Assembly: GCA_012295275.1 (NCBI GenBank)
Contig: CM022672.1
Location: 11,718,001-11,782,000 of the forward strand
DNA from: Chrysomallon squamiferum
Lineage: Eukaryota; Animalia; Mollusca
Reading direction: 5' to 3'
DNA length: 64,000 bases
Shown here: positions 40,201-50,760 of the stretch, piece by piece
Layout: each line of letters starts with the position of its first letter
Position numbering within the stretch: position 1 is the stretch's first letter
Made by a program: the position numbers and the translations under genes
The notes under the pieces: generated by a model
The model's input: the letters and a program-made list of their open reading frames with translations, nothing else
Databases searched by the model: none
What the model was told of the DNA's origin: nothing

Positions 40201-42108
40201 TAAAGGTTTTCTTTTTCAGGAACTGAATATAAATAAAGGTATGTTATATATAAAATATCTTTTTAGCTTCTTTTTTCTTCATAAAGCTTTTCTTTTCAAG
40301 GAAATGAATCTTATGAAGGTGTGTTGTAAATAAAATATCTTTTTTGTTTCTTTTTAAAGTTTTATCTACATACAAATACTGTTTTCTTTTTTCATTTTTT
40401 ATAAAACCTTTTTTTCTCAGCAAATCAGTGTTACATTTAAAAAAAAAAAAAAATTTTTTTTAATTTATTTGTTTATGCAGGTTTTCTATTTCAAAACCAT
40501 TATGTTAAAATTGTGCTACTTCAAAAATTTGATTTATATTGAGACTTTTATATACAAGTCAGTAACAAAGTGAAACAAAGATTTCACATTAAACCGCTAT
40601 TTCAAAACACTATTTGAAATAAAAGCTTAATGCTGAAATGTTCTTTTAATTTCATCAAACAAATGTTTCTTTAAACTGATACCATAAACTAGTACTGATA
40701 AACTTTGCACAAATTACAACTACTTCAAATAACAAAAACTACAAAAACATTTTGTGCAAATTATAAATATTTCACTTCAAACTAAAAACAATCAGAAAAT
40801 TGGTCCAAATTACAAATATTTTCAATAGCATCAATGTGATAAATTATCTCAAATGACTAACATTTTTCAAACAATTATCGGCTATTAATTATCACAGAGA
40901 CAATTTGTCTGAATTGGGAATTAAAAAAAAAAAAAGAGGACTTTTTCATGTCCAAATCATAAATTAACCTGTATTAAGTTAACACACTGCTGTGCCCTGT
41001 ATTTCACCAAATTAACTTTGAGCAGAAAGTCAATAAGAAGGCACTTGAGCAAAAGTTCTGAGATGAAAAATCGTGGAGGTGCTGGTTTCCAACAAGACTT
41101 GTTAATTAACTAAATTCAAGGGCAAGCAAAGAGGATGGCTCACAACTTCTTGTGAACCTTTCGCGAGATTTTCTGTCAATCACCAGCAACTTCCAAAGGA
41201 TTTTATAAAAACACCTTTTAAACACCATTAAGATATTGACAGAATGGAGGTGATTTTTTTCTTTCTTCTTCTTCCATCAACAAGAAGACGTTAGTTTAAA
41301 AGGAATCCTCATCAATAATTTTTATATATTAAAGATAATGTAATTAATTCATTTGTAACATGTGCACAAAGGGTGACCAAGTTTGAATTTAAAATATCTT
41401 TCAATCTTCTTAAACATATGGACACATATGTTTCATAAGAATTTAATGTGCTCACATCTTTTACAGCTAGAGAAAAAATAAAATGTGAAATTTATGTACA
41501 TGAATGGAATAATAAACTAACACACAGGAGAAGGTTACTGTTTAATGACCTGAACCATGACAGGCAATATGATATATTCATCATGGGCCAACAATTTGCA
41601 CTATATCCCGTTCTAGACGGTGCTCCACAACTGGTTTATTAAAGAAACTGTAGGTGTTTTCCTTTCTACTGGAAATTTGCATGTAAAGGAACCTTTACTG
41701 CTGATCAATAAAAGCAGACTATGGGTGGGTGCCAGCAGGTTGTTGCTAAATGATACACAAAGATATGCAGCTGCAGCAGAAATTGCTTTTCTTACTAACT
41801 ACCAATCAGACATCAAGAGAGCCATCACGACATCTTAGAAATATACTTAAGAGTTAAATAATCGCCTTTTTCATTAATCTTTCATCCTTGCAAAGCTTAA
41901 CCTTTAGCATCTCTGTAACTGTCTTATTAAGTAATTGTGAAATAGAAGTGTTAAACTTGCAAATACCTTTCCATTGCCAAATCTGCCCTGTGTTTCCACC
42001 ATGGTGATGACCATCAACTTGTCCAGGTCTATCTGCAGGTATTCAAAGACATCTTTCTGAATGGCTTGTTTTGGACACCAGGCTCCACCTTTACGCTCTG
42101 TCCGAATC
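310..42108 (-). CDS. Ddr: Discoidin domain receptor tyrosine kinase (DDR1/DDR2-like), partial multi-exon gene model (8 exons, 2016 coding bp, 5' and 3' incomplete)
   Basis: Eight exons with AG/GT boundaries and compatible phases (2-0, 0-0, 0-1, 1-1, 1-1, 1-1, 1-0, 0-2) translate without a stop. DDR hallmarks: [51 protein letters not shown], a TM helix, [33 protein letters not shown]. Confidence 0.97.
590..800. repeat. Compound trinucleotide microsatellite (TTA/TTG/CTA)n
   Basis: Visible triplet runs; source of the spurious poly-L/I/Q ORFs. Confidence 0.9.
815..1143 (-). CDS. Ddr: Ddr exon G (329 bp): juxtamembrane Tyr motifs ([21 protein letters not shown]) and kinase Gly-rich loop LGEGQFGE
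   Basis: Acceptor cattcgcAG, donor GAG|GTAAAG; [20 protein letters not shown] matches the DDR kinase start; phase 1 to 0. Confidence 0.96.
2497..2988 (-). CDS. Ddr: Ddr exon F (492 bp): stalk, TM helix [25 protein letters not shown] (2836-2762), RHKRRK stop-transfer and intracellular juxtamembrane region
   Basis: Acceptor tttcctcAG; donor GTG|GTTTGT at 2496 preferred, alternative GT at 2499; 25-aa hydrophobic run followed by a basic cluster; phase 1 to 1. Confidence 0.93.
3304..3358. repeat. (AAT)n microsatellite
   Basis: Pure AAT run about 45 bp into the intron after exon E. Confidence 0.95.
3402..3557 (-). CDS. Ddr: Ddr exon E (156 bp): Pro/Thr/Ser-rich extracellular stalk, [23 protein letters not shown]...VELGD
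   Basis: Acceptor ctttacatgtAG, donor ATG|GTATGT; NFT sequon right after the DS-like domain; in frame with both neighbours (phase 1 to 1). Confidence 0.9.
3737..3890. repeat. (TCTG)n/(TCTA)n, (AC)n and (AG)n microsatellite cluster
   Basis: Direct reading. Confidence 0.9.
5111..5166. repeat. (ATTT)n microsatellite, read as (AAAT)n on the gene sense strand
   Basis: About 10 tandem ATTT units next to the exon D donor. Confidence 0.95.
5178..5702 (-). CDS. Ddr: Ddr exon D (525 bp): complete DS-like domain, [11 protein letters not shown]...[11 protein letters not shown]
   Basis: Acceptor atttttcAG, donor CTG|GTGAGT; overlaps the 171-aa ORF; motifs [29 protein letters not shown]; phase 1 to 1. 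Confidence 0.97.
5709..6080. repeat. Compound (AAT/AAC/GAT)n microsatellite
   Basis: Triplet runs abutting the exon D acceptor; explains the poly-N ORF. Confidence 0.92.
10816..10948 (-). mobile_element. Decayed SINE-like interspersed repeat, body fragment
   Basis: gggctattctcaattagcagcaagagatattttcatatacaccttc aligns by eye with 19415-19466; aaacctgtcatgggacagtggtttgattgggaaataact aligns with the reverse complement of 33196-33235. Confidence 0.7.
12097..12178. repeat. (GA)n microsatellite
   Basis: About 40 GA units. Confidence 0.97.
13489..13636 (-). CDS. Ddr: Ddr exon C (148 bp): end of discoidin domain, [49 protein letters not shown]
   Basis: Acceptor ttttttcAG, donor AAG|GTATGG; RFIP and CMRVELYGC motifs; phase 0 to 1. 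Confidence 0.97.
13721..14446. repeat. Local direct repeat: 55-bp block at 13721, 14221 and 14339; ~118-bp tandem unit at 14221-14446
   Basis: tgtttttgtcaaataaaccaaaattttgtctt(c/a)ttg(c/t)atgaattttaatattaat repeated with 2 mismatches at an offset of 500 bp; third copy more diverged. Confidence 0.9.
16180..16345. repeat. Degenerate ~30-bp minisatellite (ataagtactatttcagtaatatattc)
   Basis: About 5 recognisable units. Confidence 0.7.
18445..18700. repeat. Degenerate (ACT/GCT/ACC)n low-complexity tract
   Basis: Triplet-periodic sequence. Confidence 0.8.
19405..19480 (-). mobile_element. Decayed SINE-like repeat fragment (same family as 10816)
   Basis: gggtaactctttttcatttagcagtaagatttattttatatgcaccttccc matches the copy at 10825-10870. 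Confidence 0.65.
21990..22345. repeat. Degenerate ~22-23-bp minisatellite (aaacatctttctgtaacatagaa)
   Basis: Recurrent catctttctgtaaca core, more than 10 units. Confidence 0.85.
23190..23440. repeat. ~29-bp minisatellite (atgttacacataagactggtgatgttat) directly after the exon B donor
   Basis: Recurrent atgttaca core, about 9 units. Confidence 0.85.
23472..23564 (-). CDS. Ddr: Ddr exon B (93 bp): discoidin domain, [31 protein letters not shown]
   Basis: Acceptor tgtctttccAG, donor GAG|GTAACT; continues GNGK-GQEF in frame; phase 0 to 0. Confidence 0.95.
24527..24572. repeat. (GT)n microsatellite
   Basis: Direct reading. Confidence 0.95.
24861..24929 (+). other. Imperfect inverted repeat forming a ~69-nt hairpin
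   Basis: aagttaaccaaggagattatggatgaggtcac-ctt-gtggtcactcagctatggtctcctggtcaaactt pairs along nearly the whole stem with several G-U pairs (paired by hand). Confidence 0.7.
25245..25335. repeat. (GATA/GACA)n microsatellite
   Basis: Direct reading. Confidence 0.93.
26335..26825. repeat. ~60-bp minisatellite (ataaaatgattctaaaaaccaaaacataattaatcttaggactttaaccaaaccatgtcc)
   Basis: About 8 units; the central two are nearly identical at an exact 60-bp offset. Confidence 0.93.
29288..29400. repeat. (GAT)n(AAT)n microsatellite
   Basis: Direct reading; explains the poly-I ORF. Confidence 0.96.
31275..31475. repeat. ~105-bp tandem duplication (2 copies)
   Basis: aaaataaacaagtt...ggtgg...aaccc...cttat.atcttc.gattctaaa occurs twice. 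Confidence 0.75.
33134..33375 (+). mobile_element. Decayed SINE-like element, head plus body
   Basis: Begins with tRNA A-box-like gtagccaagtgg; internal blocks ttatttccatttccaaccactgtctcatggctg and gggaaggtgtatgttaaacattatttgttgctgattga are reverse-complement matches to the 10816 and 19405 copies. Confidence 0.7.
35430..36070. promoter_or_regulatory. Candidate intronic enhancer (TALE/HOX motif cluster)
   Basis: GC-richer unique island with ATGATTTACG (minus strand, 35487-35496) and many TGACA/TGTCA sites, including inverted pairs; motif match only. Confidence 0.35.
38140..38540. repeat. Degenerate ~60-70-bp tandem repeat (ccttaatcttttgt.gatgaca...ttcaga)
   Basis: 5-6 units separated by T-rich linkers. 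Confidence 0.65.
39905..40495. repeat. Degenerate AT-rich tandem repeat (tgttataaataaa...aaagttcttctatttcagga)
   Basis: Recurrent gaatgttataaataa and aaagtt...ttcagga blocks. Confidence 0.75.
41590..41745 (+). mobile_element. Decayed SINE-like element body (same family)
   Basis: ctatatcccgttctagacggtgctccacaactggtttattaaag...ggaaatttgcatgtaaaggaacctttactgctgatcaataaaagcagactatgg is collinear with 33200-33375. Confidence 0.65.
41967..42108 (-). CDS. Ddr: Ddr exon A (142 bp): discoidin domain, (R)[47 protein letters not shown]
   Basis: Acceptor ttattccAG (42110-42109), donor AAG|GTATTT (41966); F5/8C motifs AWCP, YLQIDL, TQGR; phase 2 to 0. Confidence 0.96.
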
Positions 42109-42112
42109 CTGG

Positions 42113-42245
42113 AATAATAATAATAATAACAATAATAACAATGATGATGATGATGATGATAAAGATAATAATAATGATGATGATGATAGTGATAATAATA
42201 ATGATAATAAGGATGATAACAGTAGCAGTAGTAGTAATAATAACA
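42113..42245. repeat. Compound (AAT/GAT/AGT)n microsatellite abutting the exon A acceptor
   Basis: Direct reading; explains the poly-Y/H/I ORFs. Confidence 0.93.
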
Positions 42246-43787
42246 AAAATCCATATAGTCGTCTTTACAATCATCATCACAAAAGGATGTATGTATTTTT
42301 AAAAAGAAAAATATTATTAAGAACATTCTTTATCTCCCAGTGATAAGAGTTACACAAGGGAAATGATATTATAAAGTAATAAAATTCCTGTGTTCTTTTA
42401 TTTTCCTATTGTGTATAATTACTATCATGCAAGGGGAAATAATCATAATATTTATAATAAATATGCCAAAGGTTCAGGTTTTATTTCTTTTTTTAGGAAG
42501 GGGAAAATACTCTTTATCTAAACAATACAAATAAAATTATTAGTAATGATATGGAAATAAAATAAGCCAGTTTTGATGTTTTATTATTTTGGGCTTTAAT
42601 TTACTACAGAAAAAGAAATATATATACTGTAAAAAATGTGCTACATAAAGTTAATTAAACAAGAACATTCATTGTAGTAATAATAAGAAGCAAATCTAAT
42701 AAATTTAAGTTTATAAAGTGTTTGATGTTTTATCACCCAGATCTATAGTGCTGGTTTCGTGAAACAATCTTATAATTGTAAAATAATAAATAAATAAATA
42801 AATATGATAATTTATAATTTGCTAATCACACAAGTAATATTATGATTATTTTGTAGTTGTAAGCCCTTACAAAAAGTCCCTTGAGTTCATTTATTAAATA
42901 ATATTTTAAACTTTAAAAATAAAAACATATCTTCCACTGTAAAAAAACCCCCTTAATTTTATTACAGCTGATGGTTTTGAATATCCAGTTCACTTGTATG
43001 ATGAAGAATGAATGATGGTTGTTGCATTAATGAGCCAGTTATTAAATATAATTTTTCAAAAAATTAATCTTGAGACATCCTACCCTAAAAAAGCCATAAT
43101 TTTATTACATATGATAATACAGTTATTGAGAAAAATGGAATGATGATGTGCAATAGTGAGTCCATAAATATTATTATTACGTTTTAAAATAAAGCATAGC
43201 CACCATTTTTTAAAACACCAACAAATTTGATCACAGATGATGGTCTAAGGTTACTGTGACCAATGGAATATACAAGACAATAACAACTACCAGACCAAAC
43301 TTAAAACTCAGTGATTTTATTGTGACCGATGTTCCTGAATATGCTAGTTATTGTTAAGAATGGAACAGTGGTGTGTAGTAGTGAGTAGCCACACTGTCTG
43401 TCAGCAGAACAGGAAAAGCTCTCATCAATGGGACAAGTATTTCCAGGACAAAATACTGACAATAAGGTCAGACTCACGCTACAAGAAAATGATAATGAGC
43501 TGGCAACATGGCGAGTTTAACAAATCAAGTAAAGCGACTATTTCATGAACCATTAAGCATGAGCTAGGTTTACACCTCTGTCAATAGCCTGCTGAAATTA
43601 TCTCTTCTTGATCACCGTTTGAGAAAAAAAACACCCACCTCAACTGGGGTTAAACTGGGTGAATAAGTCATAAATCAAAAAATACAAAAGGTGTAAGATA
43701 CGATTTGGGCATGAAAATGCTACAAAATATAACAGACAAAAGTGCGTTGTGTTTTGACTCTACCTCAAGCTGATACTTTTGTATGTA

Positions 43788-43872
<85 letters not shown>

Positions 43873-44070
43873 AACACAGTCAGAGAGACAGCAAGAGACA
43901 GAGACAGAAACACATTCACACACACACACAGATAGACAGAAAGAGATACAAACAGACATACACACACACAGATAGACAGAGAGAAAGAAAGGGAGGGAGA
44001 ACTGGAGACAGATATACAAAAAGAGATCGATAAAGAGAGATAGATGCAGACAGAGAGCAGAGAGAGAAAG
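43788..44070. repeat. (GT)n(GA)n plus GACA/CA compound microsatellite
   Basis: About 35 GA units, then degenerate. Confidence 0.95.
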
Positions 44071-46801
44071 CAAAAATGTAACCCTGTATATTCAAATTAC
44101 AGACCAGTTCTAACTTTCTGCTGGTTTGCACAAAGTCATGGGTTAATAGTTACTTAAAGAGACCATCTCTGAATTGCTGGCAAGTATCAAGTATTGTCAA
44201 CAAAGCAATAAAGTACAAGAAGTGACATTCAGAACATGTTTTTTATTGTTGTTGTTGCTATACCTCTGTTATTACTACCACTGTGATCTTTCACCAGTGT
44301 CTGCAGTGCTTTCCCTTTACTGAACTCTCTTTATTGTTGTCCATACAGAACAACAAAACTGTGGTCTAGAAGATATGTGTGTGTTTAGAGAAAATTAAAT
44401 CTAGCAGAAATGTGCTCTGCTATCTTAACATCTATTGTGTTTACTGAAAAACATATCAGAAATTAGGCTCAGAAATGACTAGTTAAATCTTCCTCTATAT
44501 ATTTCTTTTCTTTTCTTTTTTTTTGGTCCTTTTATGAAACTAAACTTGCTTCATTTATTTTCAATAACACTTCAATGTCAAAGTTTGTCACCACATTCAA
44601 AGATTACTTAAAAATGAAGAAAACAAAGCTTGCACATGGCTCTAAATCAAGCTGTTAAATTTCCATACATTTATTTTAATTTAATCTTTTTTCCTGTCTT
44701 CCCTCTGTTTCGCCCATTCTCTCCTGCCTTTTGAGAAATCAAGTTTGATTCATTTCATTTTGAAGACTGTTTCAATGTCAAAGTGTTTTTTTTTCATCGC
44801 TGTGTTAGCAGATTAATACAAATGGTGACACAAGGTCTGGCGATATGCTGTACCATTGTCTGAGTCAATATGGTCAGATCCGTGAATTGTCATCAATAAA
44901 TCCACCGTCCATTTGTCAGATCATGGCACTGCGAGCTGCAAATATTGAGTTATTGATGAGACAACTGCAACAGCACAGTACGCTCGATATGAAATACTGT
45001 AAATCAATTTGGAGAATTTTTCTCAACACTTCAAGCATTAACAGGAATTGGTCGTACATCTTGGGTGCCAAATTAGTGAGGAGTTTAATGTGTCTGCCAT
45101 TTTTAATGCGGCATAAAGTGTAGTCTTATTTCTTCATTTGATTTCCTTTCTCTGAATAAAACACAGTCTGTGATTTTTTTCCCTGACATTTAATTTTATT
45201 ATTATTTCTTTCTTTTTTAGAAGAAGAAGAAACAATTAGAAAAACAGTAACAGACAGAATACTCATATAAGGTCAAGGAAAAAATTGTTTGCTGTTCTTG
45301 AAGTAGTTTAAGATTATGATTTTGTGAATATGTTAGTCCTGTAGTGTATTATTTATAGAAAAATGGTTATAAATCTGTATTTGGTCATTATAATGTGAGT
45401 CAGACATGATTAAGGATTGGTTCATAATGGCTTCTTCTTACAAGAAACTTGGCTTGAACTCTAACTACAAACAAAATATTTTGTCATTTCTCTTTAAATG
45501 TTTTAATTTTGTATCTTTCTTACTTTTTCTTTATGTCTTTATTTATATTTTATAAATCATTATATATAAACTAAGATATACACTCATGTGTGTTATTTAA
45601 CACATTATTGCAAACACATAAAAAACCACAACATATCTACACACACAAACATATCCACGACAGATCATTTTAAATCATCATCAAAGAGCTTTTTACCATC
45701 ATCCTTTTCCAATTACTATAGTTACCATGGCATTACTATACATAAACAAAAAACCTTCAGCATTCGTTTTCAATTTCATTTTTTTTTTTTTTTTTAGGTA
45801 TATAAACATTATTATAGCCTTAAAGTTCTCGTCACTTAATGGTAATTTTTCCACCTAGCCAGTGTACTGGAAGTTAAGACAATCTAGTATGATGAAATCA
45901 ATTCTTGCTGAAAAGCATCAGATTTTTTTTTTTTTTTGGTTTTTCAATTCTTTACACTTGAGTTATTTTATCAAGGCATGAGAACAACAATCTGTTGATC
46001 GATACTGGCTACAAAGGTCTGTGCTGGTCTTGTCCTGGCCTGACTGGGTCCTGACACTGTTCATGCAATCAATGGCCAGCTTGCCACAGATGTATCATAT
46101 TATACAGCACCTCATCATCCGGATTAAACCCAACAGGCAGACGTGAGAGAGAGAGAAAGCATGGAACCAGACTGACTGCACAAGATTCAGTTTAAAATAA
46201 AAAAATGTATTCTATTTAAAGATTTGCATGCAGCAGTATTGATAATTTATAAAATATGATTTCCAATATAAGGTTATTGAGACATGAACATTTTATTAAT
46301 ATTTACAAAAGAAATTAAAACTAACTAAAAATGTAAGAGAACTTTCATACAGAGTTATCTTTTCCTTGCTTAAAAGCAATGTGTGGTTTTTATTTTTGCT
46401 AATGTGTAAAATATTTACAGAAGAGAAAATTAACAAGAATGTGATTGTGACTGGAAAATGCAGGAATAGAATAACGGGGAGAGGGAAAGGGGGAACAAAG
46501 AAGGGGGCAAGGAAGCTAAACAGTGAGGAAGGAAAGGAAGGAAGGAAGGAAGGAAGGAAGAAAAAGGAGAGGAATGTGAGACAGAAAATGAAAAACAGGA
46601 AAAGAGGGAAGAGAAAGAAAGAAAGAAAGGGATGGAGGGTTTGATCAAGGGAGGTGGGGAAAATGGTGTAGGAATAAAGGTTGGAGTAGGAAGCAAGGCT
46701 TCATAAAATATCTGTTGCAGGGGATTAAGAGAGTCCTTGTGCAAGCAATTAGACAACAGTCTCTGCTGAGACTAAAATACTAATTAACTGAGCTTCTAAA
46801 C

Positions 46802-47050
46802 CAATGATTTAAACTCTGTGAGTCCATGAACCAGGAACTGTGAGATAGTGATTTAGCAACTTTGTGATTTAGTGATTGTGAGCTGGTGATTTAGTGACTG
46901 TGAGCCAGTGATTTAGTTACAACTGTGAGCAAGTGACCTTGAGACTGTGAGAGTGATTTAGTGACTGTGTAACCCAGTGATTTAGTGACTATGGACCAGC
47001 GATATAGCAGCTGTGAGCCAATAATTTAATGACTGAAAGAGCAAGTGATA
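46802..47050. repeat. ~22-bp minisatellite (agtgatttagtgactgtgagcc)
   Basis: About 10 diverged units. Confidence 0.88.
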
Positions 47051-47320
47051 TTTTCAAAAATAAGTAAATAAAAGATGGTAACAACAATGACAGCCATAAT
47101 AGCAAGAAAACAAGAAAACGTACAACTACATTAATAATACAACTAATAATAATAATAATAATACATAAAATATTAAGAGAAGATTTATGTCTCAGGCTTG
47201 AGTTATTGTTTGGTATTTATGTATTACAAAGGCAGACAGAATTCAATTATCAGTGGATTCCCAGTAATCCTGAAATCAATAAACAGGTAGAGATGCAGCG
47301 TGGTGAATATAATTACCTCA

Positions 47321-47772
47321 AAACAATCTCAAGCTCAGAAATTCAGTCTACCGCTACTGTGACTGAAAATGTCAAACTATGAAATTCAGTCTAAGCTACT
47401 GTGACTGAAAATGTCAAACTATGAAATTCAGTCTAAGCTACTGTGACTGAAAATGTCAAACTAAGAAATTCAGTCTGCAGCTACTGTGACTGAAAATGTC
47501 AAACTAAGAAATTCAGTCTATAGCTACTGTGACTGAAAATGTCAAATTAAGAAATTCAGTCTACAGCTACAGTAACTGAAAATGTCAAACAAAGAAATTC
47601 AGTCTGTAGCTACTGTAACAAGAAATTCAGACTGTAGCCTATCATAACAGAAAACAGTCTAAGAAATTTGGATCTAATGATCCCATAACTGAAAATGTCA
47701 AACTATGAAATTCAGTCTCTAGCCTATCATAACTAAAAACCAATCTCAGGCTAAGAAGTTCAGATCTATAGT
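47321..47772. repeat. 42-44-bp minisatellite (gaaattcagtcta.agctactgtgactgaaaatgtcaaacta)
   Basis: About 9 head-to-tail units; the first five are nearly identical. Confidence 0.96.
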
Positions 47773-50319
47773 TGCTTTAACCACGACAGATTTGATGCAG
47801 CCAAGTTTAGCAATCAGCAAAAAAAATATAACAGTAAGCTGATTATACAATGGGGAAAAAAGCTGTGGAAAAGAAAATGAGAGAAGTGTTATTGAAATGT
47901 GTAATGAGCTTATTTTCTTTGGGAATTTTGAGGATTTTCTTCTTTTTTTTTCTTCTTTTTTTTCTTGTGGCTGTTGATTGTTTGGGGTTTTGGTGTTTTT
48001 TGTATTTTTCTTGGGTTTCATTTTCTTCTTGTTCTTGATCTTCTTTGTTTTATTATTATTATTATTATTATCTTCATCATCATCATCATTTATTTTAAAA
48101 AATAATAAAATTATTATTCATTTATTTGTTGCTTTATTGCAAGTATTAATTTTTCTTTATTTTTATTTTTTTGTCCTTTTTATTTGTTTGTTATATCCTT
48201 TTTACTTTTTCCTTTTTTTTTTAATTTCACTTTAAAGTTGGTATTGCCTTCTTTGCTTCTCTAAATACTTATCCTTATTATTCTGTATTGTTGCTTTATT
48301 ACAATTTTATCTCTGTCTCTTTTTTGTCTCTCTTTTTTCTTTAATAAGAAATTAACAAATGTATACTTGAAACTTAAAACTCTAGGAAAAAAAGAAACAG
48401 ACTGGTAATTGGCCTAAAGTTTTCTATTTTATTTTAAATAAAATTGTAATATCTTTATTCTGTTTTTTTAACTATCACCACATCTCTGATATAGACAATA
48501 AATGGTGGAAAATAAAATCATCAAATTTGCAGGTGTTGTGTTGAAATGTTAATTCAGGAGTCCAAATGTCGAAGAAGATTTGTTATCTCGATGAGATAAA
48601 ATGTTTCAGTATGGACAAATTCTTACATAAACTACAAACGAGACAATTTCTGTAGATTACATGGGGACTGTGAGTGAAAGATGCAATGCATCATACAGAA
48701 TCATTTCAACACAGTCATTATTTCACCACATTAATCCCAGTCTAAATGTCAGTGCTAATATATGGGAAGTAGATAACATTTTGCTTGTAATTTGGATCAA
48801 TCCATCACTTGCCAGTAAGGAAAAAAAAAAAAAAAAAAAAAAAAAAATTAGGAATTAATCCAGGAACTTGCTATATTGGTTAATTTTCTGAAATGTCACG
48901 TAAAATTTGTACATAAATGATTTATGTTATTTTTCTTACATTACTAAATGTCTGCAATCATTTATTTAAGAACTCTTTTAATTTCTTTCTTTTTTTTTCT
49001 TCTTTTTTTTTTTTTTTTTTATTTCTCTAAAGGAAGCAGAATTGCAGTTACAAGATGGATGCTTAATTGGTTTGACAATAAACTGAAGAAATAAAAAAGA
49101 AATACAATATTTTCTTTTTTTTACTAAAAGAAATTTGTTTTCTGTGTGACCTGTATGGAAATGTGACAAGGTAATGTATGATAATTTAAATAACTTTTTA
49201 GATATTACTGCAGTAATTTCAAACTAAATGTCAGCTATCATATATGAACTTTCCTTTGAAGCAGATAAAATTATCGTTTTATGGATGAATTCTGTATGTG
49301 AAAAAAAAATAAAAATAAAAATAAAAATTCAGAACACAACTTATTAAATGGAAATTGTTAAGGGAAATAATTTAAACATCCATTAATTTCAACTAAATTG
49401 GGATTAAAAAAAAAAAAAAATGAGAACTCTTCACAAAAGAAGATAAAATTGTATTTAAAACAGATAGGCCAAAGACTAAAAAAAAAAATTAAATTAAATT
49501 TAAAAAAAATGATACTTTTATGAGAATTAGCTACATATATATTAGCTATGTATATATTTATTTGAATTATTTAATATCAATCTAAAATCAATTTCATTTT
49601 AAAATCATTTGCAGTACAAAATGTCAACAACCCATTCTCCAGTGAAAGAAAAGAAGTAAAAAATCAGGTTGAAAGAAAAATAAATCCATGATTAAATAAA
49701 GTCCACGAACAAACAACATGTTACATGTAACATCTGTATATCATTTTATACACAGTATTTATTTCACAAATTGTTCATAAAATTTATTCTCCACAATAAA
49801 TGTCAGCAACTGCAAGATGATAAAAATCAAGCAGAAATATGGATGAACTGTCAACAAGAAACATATGCATAAAAGTCTGAATAAACAGTGGTAACTGTAT
49901 ATTCATATCATTATTCAGTATTTATTCAACAACTTGTATTCACAAGTATAAATATGTTTCTTTCTATTTTAACCATTTACTTTTTTTATACATATTTTTC
50001 TTACATTTTTAATTTATATATATATATTTTTTTTTTGGCAAAAATTATAATTATTTGCACATTTATTTATTTTTTATTATTTATTTTATTTTTTTTTTTT
50101 TTTTTTTGAATTTATTTATTACAATTCTAACAATTTAAATGTAACATTAAAATCACATATATTCAAAACCAAATATTAAATACTGAAAGAGATTTATAGG
50201 AGTTTTATCACAACCGTTATCTTCTTTTTCAACACTTTTATAACATTAATGTGAGGGCATGTCCAACATCAAAGAACTGCTGTCAAACCCTACAGTAAAT
50301 AACATTCTTTACTTAACAC

Positions 50320-50760
50320 ATGCATCTATTAAATATTTGTTTATTACCATGCAATACTTCAATGACACAATAGGAGAAAAAATTATAAATGTCATAAACA
50401 AATCATAACCTATGGATCTATTAAATATCTGTTATTACCAAGCAGCTCTTCAGAAGCCAACAAATTTAAATAAAAAAATAAAAAAATATGATAAAACAAA
50501 TAAATAAATAAATATATATGTATAATAAAACAATAAAGAATAATAAAAGTCACAAACAAATAATAACAAGTGGATTTGTTATAACCATATACAATACTTC
50601 AAAAGACAAGAGCTGAAAATATATATAGATTTGTTTTCTAATTTAAAAATAATAACAATCATAAACATGTGGATTTATTAAATATTTTTTATAACAATGC
50701 AATACTTCAATACCGTAAGAGTCATAAATTATTTTTTTATTTAAAAATAATGACAGTCAT
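50320..50760. repeat. Degenerate tandem repeat, 4 units (ggat.tattaaatatt...acca.gcaatacttcaa) with A-rich linkers
   Basis: Core recurs near 50325, 50415, 50572 and 50670. Confidence 0.75.

Noticed and set aside
13637-41966. Duplicated or mutually exclusive discoidin exons (Dscam-like array) in the large introns
   Set aside because: I found no paralogous copies of exons A, B or C by eye or in the ORF track; tblastn of the exon peptides would be the decisive test.
46030-46140. Minus-strand agtgtcaggacccagtcaggccagg resembling the SVGP..AR end of the missing upstream discoidin exon
   Set aside because: It has an in-frame TGA just upstream, no GT donor after the AG, and no LGM/ASS motif.
47321-47772. 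CRISPR-like appearance of the regular repeats (also 26335-26825, 50320-50760, 54250-55040, 61684-61952)
   Set aside because: Units are head-to-tail or separated by low-complexity A/T linkers rather than unique constant-length spacers; no cas genes; the context is a eukaryotic intron.
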